NCBI GenBank assembly: GCA_035433265.1
Contig: DAORUQ010000001.1
Span: 8,954 to 69,433 of the forward strand
Direction of reading: 5' to 3'
DNA length: 60,480 nt
Origin: Pseudomonadales bacterium
GTDB taxonomy: Bacteria; Pseudomonadota; Gammaproteobacteria; Pseudomonadales; UBA5518
The position numbers were made by a program, and so were the translations under genes. Shown here piece by piece: positions 59,560 through 60,480 of the stretch. Under the pieces are notes generated by a model, which searched no databases, was not told the origin of the DNA, and saw only the letters and a program-made list of their open reading frames with translations. Positions within the stretch are counted from its first letter, which is position 1; every line of letters starts with the position of its first letter.

Positions 59560-60480
59560 TGAGAAGCGACAGCACCGCGATCGGCCAGCAGCAGGCCCGC
59601 CATCAACGCGAGGAGATCGCCGACGCGCTGCGCGCCCTGCTGATGACGCCGTTGATGACGCCTGCACATGCCGAGTTCGCCGCGGTGCGCCGCCATGCCG
59701 ATGCGCTGCGCGAATGGTTCGTCCGCGAGACCGGCTGGGCGCTGCACATCGAACGCGACGCGGCACGCCTGTACAAGCGCCCGGCCGACCTGAACGACGC
59801 CACCCGCGGGATGCCCGGCTACGAGCGCCGCCGCTATGTGCTGCTGTGCCTCGCCTGCGCGGTGCTGGAGCGTGCCGACCCGCAGATCACACTGCACGTG
59901 CTCGGCGACCGGCTGCTCGCCCTTGCCGCGGAACCGGCGCTGGCCGCGCTCGGCTTCAGCTTCACACTCCAGGCGCAGCACGAGCGGCGCGAGCTGGTCG
60001 CGGTGTGCCGCACACTGCTGGAGCTCGGCGTGCTGCATCGCGTGGCCGGTGACGAAGAGGGCTTCGTGCGCGGCGGCAACGCAGGCCCGGACAGCCTCCA
60101 CGACGCGCTCTACGACGTACAGCGGCGGGTTCTAGCCGGTATGCTCGCGGCATCGCGCGGCCCTTCCACATGGCCCGCGGACGAAGCCCCGGCCACGCTC
60201 GAGGCGCGGCTCGCCGCTCTGGTTACTGAGCCCGTTCCAGACAGCGACGAAGGCCGACGTACGGCGCTGCGCCACCACCTGGCGCGCCGCCTGCTGGACG
60301 ACCCGGTGATCTACCTCGACCGCCTCGACGCCGACCAGCGCGCCTACTTCCTGAACCAGCGCGGCACCATGGCCATCCGGCTGTGTGACGCCACCGGGCT
60401 GGTCGCCGAACAGCGCGCCGAGGGGCTGGCGCTGGCCGACGAGGACGGCGAACTGACCGACGTGGCGATGCCGGCCGAGG
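59559..60480 (+). CDS. jetB: Wadjet JetB-like protein (TIGR02678 / DUF2398 family), 5' partial at window edge
   Basis: It is absent from the ORF track because the frame has no stop before the window ends. The ATG at 59559 overlaps the jetA stop (TGATG). MRSDSTAIGQQQARHQREEIADALRALLMTPLMTPAHAEFAAVRRHADALREWFVRETGWALHIERDAARLYKRP. The frame stays open for 307 codons. Confidence 0.75.
   Translation, partial: MRSDSTAIGQQQARHQREEIADALRALLMTPLMTPAHAEFAAVRRHADALREWFVRETGWALHIERDAARLYKRPADLNDATRGMPGYERRRYVLLCLACAVLERADPQITLHVLGDRLLALAAEPALAALGFSFTLQAQHERRELVAVCRTLLELGVLHRVAGDEEGFVRGGNAGPDSLHDALYDVQRRVLAGMLAASRGPSTWPADEAPATLEARLAALVTEPVPDSDEGRRTALRHHLARRLLDDPVIYLDRLDADQRAYFLNQRGTMAIRLCDATGLVAEQRAEGLALADEDGELTDVAMPAE

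Overview
Very GC-rich chromosomal segment, about two-thirds G+C or more by eye. Gene content and order look gammaproteobacterial. I found no rRNA, tRNA, CRISPR array, integrase or transposase.

There are three parts.

(1) 1-11 kb, housekeeping and SOS neighbourhood: MTAP-like phosphorylase, lexA with a canonical SOS box, topA, uspA, slt, an EAL+HDOD protein and amtB.

(2) 11-34 kb, accessory-looking and REP-rich block of lipid or steroid-like acyl-CoA metabolism and redox genes:
- a FabY-like 619-aa ketoacyl synthase
- three crotonases and three nitroreductase-fold genes
- a thiolase and a KstD-like flavoprotein
- a FadD19-like acyl-CoA ligase
- an LLM oxidoreductase and an SDR
- TetR, LysR and GlxA regulators
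- a frameshifted pirin gene
- a tandemly duplicated Ca2+/Na+ antiporter
- a purple-acid-phosphatase-like lipoprotein
- a HigBA toxin-antitoxin pair

(3) 34-56 kb, a core block whose order matches what I recall from Pseudomonas: der-bamB-yfgM-hisS-ispG-rodZ-pilW-rlmN-ndk, iscS-iscR, trmJ, suhB, secF-secD, purL, mltF, tadA. The iscU/iscA/hscBA/fdx genes are absent between iscS and ndk.

The last 4.5 kb look like a small defence islet: a RES/Xre toxin-antitoxin operon, an rsuA-like gene, and the first two genes of a Wadjet (JetA/JetB, DUF2397/DUF2398) system that runs off the window edge.

Wadjet is the strongest system-level signal, but it is an already described system. I did not find convincing evidence for a wholly new system.

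The most unexplained items are:
- a crotonase-nitroreductase adjacency that occurs twice
- a REP hairpin family with compensatory stem changes that supplies the stop codons of two genes
- an orphan terminator-like structure in the AT-rich purL-mltF spacer

All family assignments come from reading the translations and recalling motifs. No database search was run.
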